From NCBI GenBank assembly GCA_049599475.1, contig JBMYOQ010000084.1:1-15872 (forward strand): a stretch of 15,872 nucleotides of DNA, written 5' to 3'. The notes beneath the pieces are model-generated. The model was not told the DNA's origin. It was given only the letters and a program-made list of their open reading frames with translations, and ran no database searches. Positions 14,279 through 15,872 of the stretch are shown here, one piece after another. The translations under genes were made by a program, and so were the position numbers. The stretch comes from Opitutales bacterium. GTDB taxonomy: Bacteria > Verrucomicrobiota > Verrucomicrobiia > Opitutales > JABSRG01. How positions within the stretch are numbered: position 1 is the stretch's first letter; each line of letters begins with the position of its first letter.

Positions 14279-15472
14279 ATGTCTAACGCCACTATCATAT
14301 CCAATGCGCGTGTTGTAACGCGTACCGAAAATTTTGAAGGTTCTGTTGTCATTGAAGACGGAATTATCGCAGAAATTATCAAAGAACGCACCTACGCCGA
14401 AGGCATCGATGCGAGGGGTCGCTGGTTGACTCCGGGGGTGATTGATACCCATACGGATTACATCGAAAAGGAAATCGCGCCCCGTCCCAGTGCCGAAATT
14501 CCTCTAGAGCTTGCCTTTCACATGATGGATCAGCGCGCAATTGCTACGGGCTTGACGACCGTGCTGGGTGCGGTCCGCGTATCGGCTGACAAGGAAAAGA
14601 AAGGCTCCATGTGGCGCCGTGATGGGCTTGAGCTAGGACGCCGTTACGAAGAGCTATCCAAGACGGCGAAGGCACGCCACCTCATGCATGTGCGCTGGGA
14701 TACCAATTTCCAGCCTGCTGACCCCAAGATCGATGTCCTCAAAACGTTCACTACTTTAGGCAACATCGTCTACAACGAGAATATCCCCGGCGAGCGTCAG
14801 TTCCGTGATCTTAAAGAGCTCGCGAAGAAATTTGCAGATCGCCAGGGAATCACACCCGAAGAGGCACTCAAGAACCTTCAGGAGAAAATTGAAACCAATC
14901 GAGGCATCAACAATCGTCCTCAGGTGCGTGATACATTTTCCGGCAATGTACCTCTCGGCAGTCATGACGACACGACGATCGAACACGTGATCGAAGCCCA
15001 TGCCATGGGGTGTTCGATTGCTGAGATGCCCACTACATCGGAAGCCGCACAAAAGGCCAAAGACCTCGGCTTAATAGTCATCATGGGCGCGCCCAATTAC
15101 TACCGTGGCGGTTCTCACTGCGGCAATGTAGGAGCTCCGGAAGCTTTTCAAAAGGGACTCATGGACGTACTATGCAGCGACTACCATTTCCCATCCCTCC
15201 TTGGCAGTGTGTGCAAAATGTTTGCTGAAGGTATCGACCCTTCAAAGGCCGTAAACTTGGTCACCTACAATGCCGCAAAGGCTCTCAACCGAGACGAAAA
15301 AATCGGCTCGATCGAAGTCGGAAAGCTCGCAGACCTCACGCTCTTTGCTTCGCACCCAAATTATGCAGAAGTCACCCACACCTGGATCGGCGGCGAACTC
15401 GTCTACCAAAGCACACACGCAGTAGGTGTAGAACGCCACCAAGACGCCAGGCAGCTGCTCAATCAGCTATAG
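14279..15472 (+). CDS. phnM: Alpha-D-ribose 1-methylphosphonate 5-triphosphate diphosphatase PhnM (amidohydrolase fold), 397 aa
   Basis: PGVIDTHTD, GSHDD, AEMP, MGAPN..RGGSH.GNV, LCSDY and GSIEVGKLADL. Confidence 0.94.
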   Translation: MSNATIISNARVVTRTENFEGSVVIEDGIIAEIIKERTYAEGIDARGRWLTPGVIDTHTDYIEKEIAPRPSAEIPLELAFHMMDQRAIATGLTTVLGAVRVSADKEKKGSMWRRDGLELGRRYEELSKTAKARHLMHVRWDTNFQPADPKIDVLKTFTTLGNIVYNENIPGERQFRDLKELAKKFADRQGITPEEALKNLQEKIETNRGINNRPQVRDTFSGNVPLGSHDDTTIEHVIEAHAMGCSIAEMPTTSEAAQKAKDLGLIVIMGAPNYYRGGSHCGNVGAPEAFQKGLMDVLCSDYHFPSLLGSVCKMFAEGIDPSKAVNLVTYNAAKALNRDEKIGSIEVGKLADLTLFASHPNYAEVTHTWIGGELVYQSTHAVGVERHQDARQLLNQL

Positions 15473-15802
15473 AAACACACGCTCGAGGTCCCGCGCGTCG
15501 TATGCACAGAATGCGAGGTGCGGTTTTCCGAACCGCTGGTGGCGAGTTGGGAATAGGCGTTTGTTCCATATTAGGCCCGAGCAGGCCTTATTGCTAAAGA
15601 ATCGTTCATCGCGGACTTCGCTCGCGACGTTTCGAAAGAATGTTTCCAATGACTCTAGGTTGGCGATGGCTGGTGCCTGTCAAAGGTCGCGTGGCGAGGA
15701 AGGGTCGTGTGTGATTGAGCCCAAAAGGCTCTGGGTAGATTCAGCTTTGAAAATTGCCAAGATGTTGAAAAGGTCCTTTTCGGTTAGGCTCTGAAATCCC
15801 AT
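15467..15802 (-). pseudogene. Possible small interrupted ORF (112 codons with one internal TGA), product unknown
   Basis: The ATG at 15802 is in frame with the ORF 15467-15649, with a single TGA at 15680-15682 and TATAAT at 15820-15825 (minus strand). No recognisable motif. Confidence 0.2.
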
Positions 15803-15872
15803 TGAACAGCCGCGTTTGGATTATACCGATTCTAAAAATTAAAGAGCCTTAAGGTTGTCTAAGAAGCGTTTA

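Noticed and set aside
15561..15794. 77-aa plus-strand ORF after phnM as a possible phnN/phnP
   Set aside because: It is too short, has a TTG start, and has no P-loop or metallo-beta-lactamase motif.

Overview
A phosphorus-starvation (Pho-type) locus from a bacterium of roughly 50% GC whose genes mostly lack Shine-Dalgarno sites. A Verrucomicrobiota/PVC-like origin is a guess only. The core is a C-P lyase-like operon, phnG-H-I-J-K-L-D-C-E-E-M (5590-15472). It is preceded by a PhoB/PhoR-like two-component pair, a divergently transcribed second and altered phnI, a GxxExxY (PD-(D/E)XK-like) gene inside imperfect inverted repeats, and a uridine-kinase/PRK-family P-loop kinase. The main surprise is that the intact PhnJ has lost three of the four C-terminal cysteines that bind the radical-SAM [4Fe-4S] cluster and form the thiyl radical in canonical C-P lyase. 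It keeps the Gly32 and His108 equivalents. In parallel, the PhnK N-terminal Cys motif looks eroded, and the two PhnI copies have reciprocal His substitutions. Together this suggests a non-canonical, possibly non-radical or trans-activated, C-P lyase-like system. Three promoters share one Pho-box/-10 architecture. Seven GTAG-type REP hairpins sit at operon gene junctions. No phnF, phnN, phnO or phnP is visible in the window. All homology calls come from motif recognition, not database searches.
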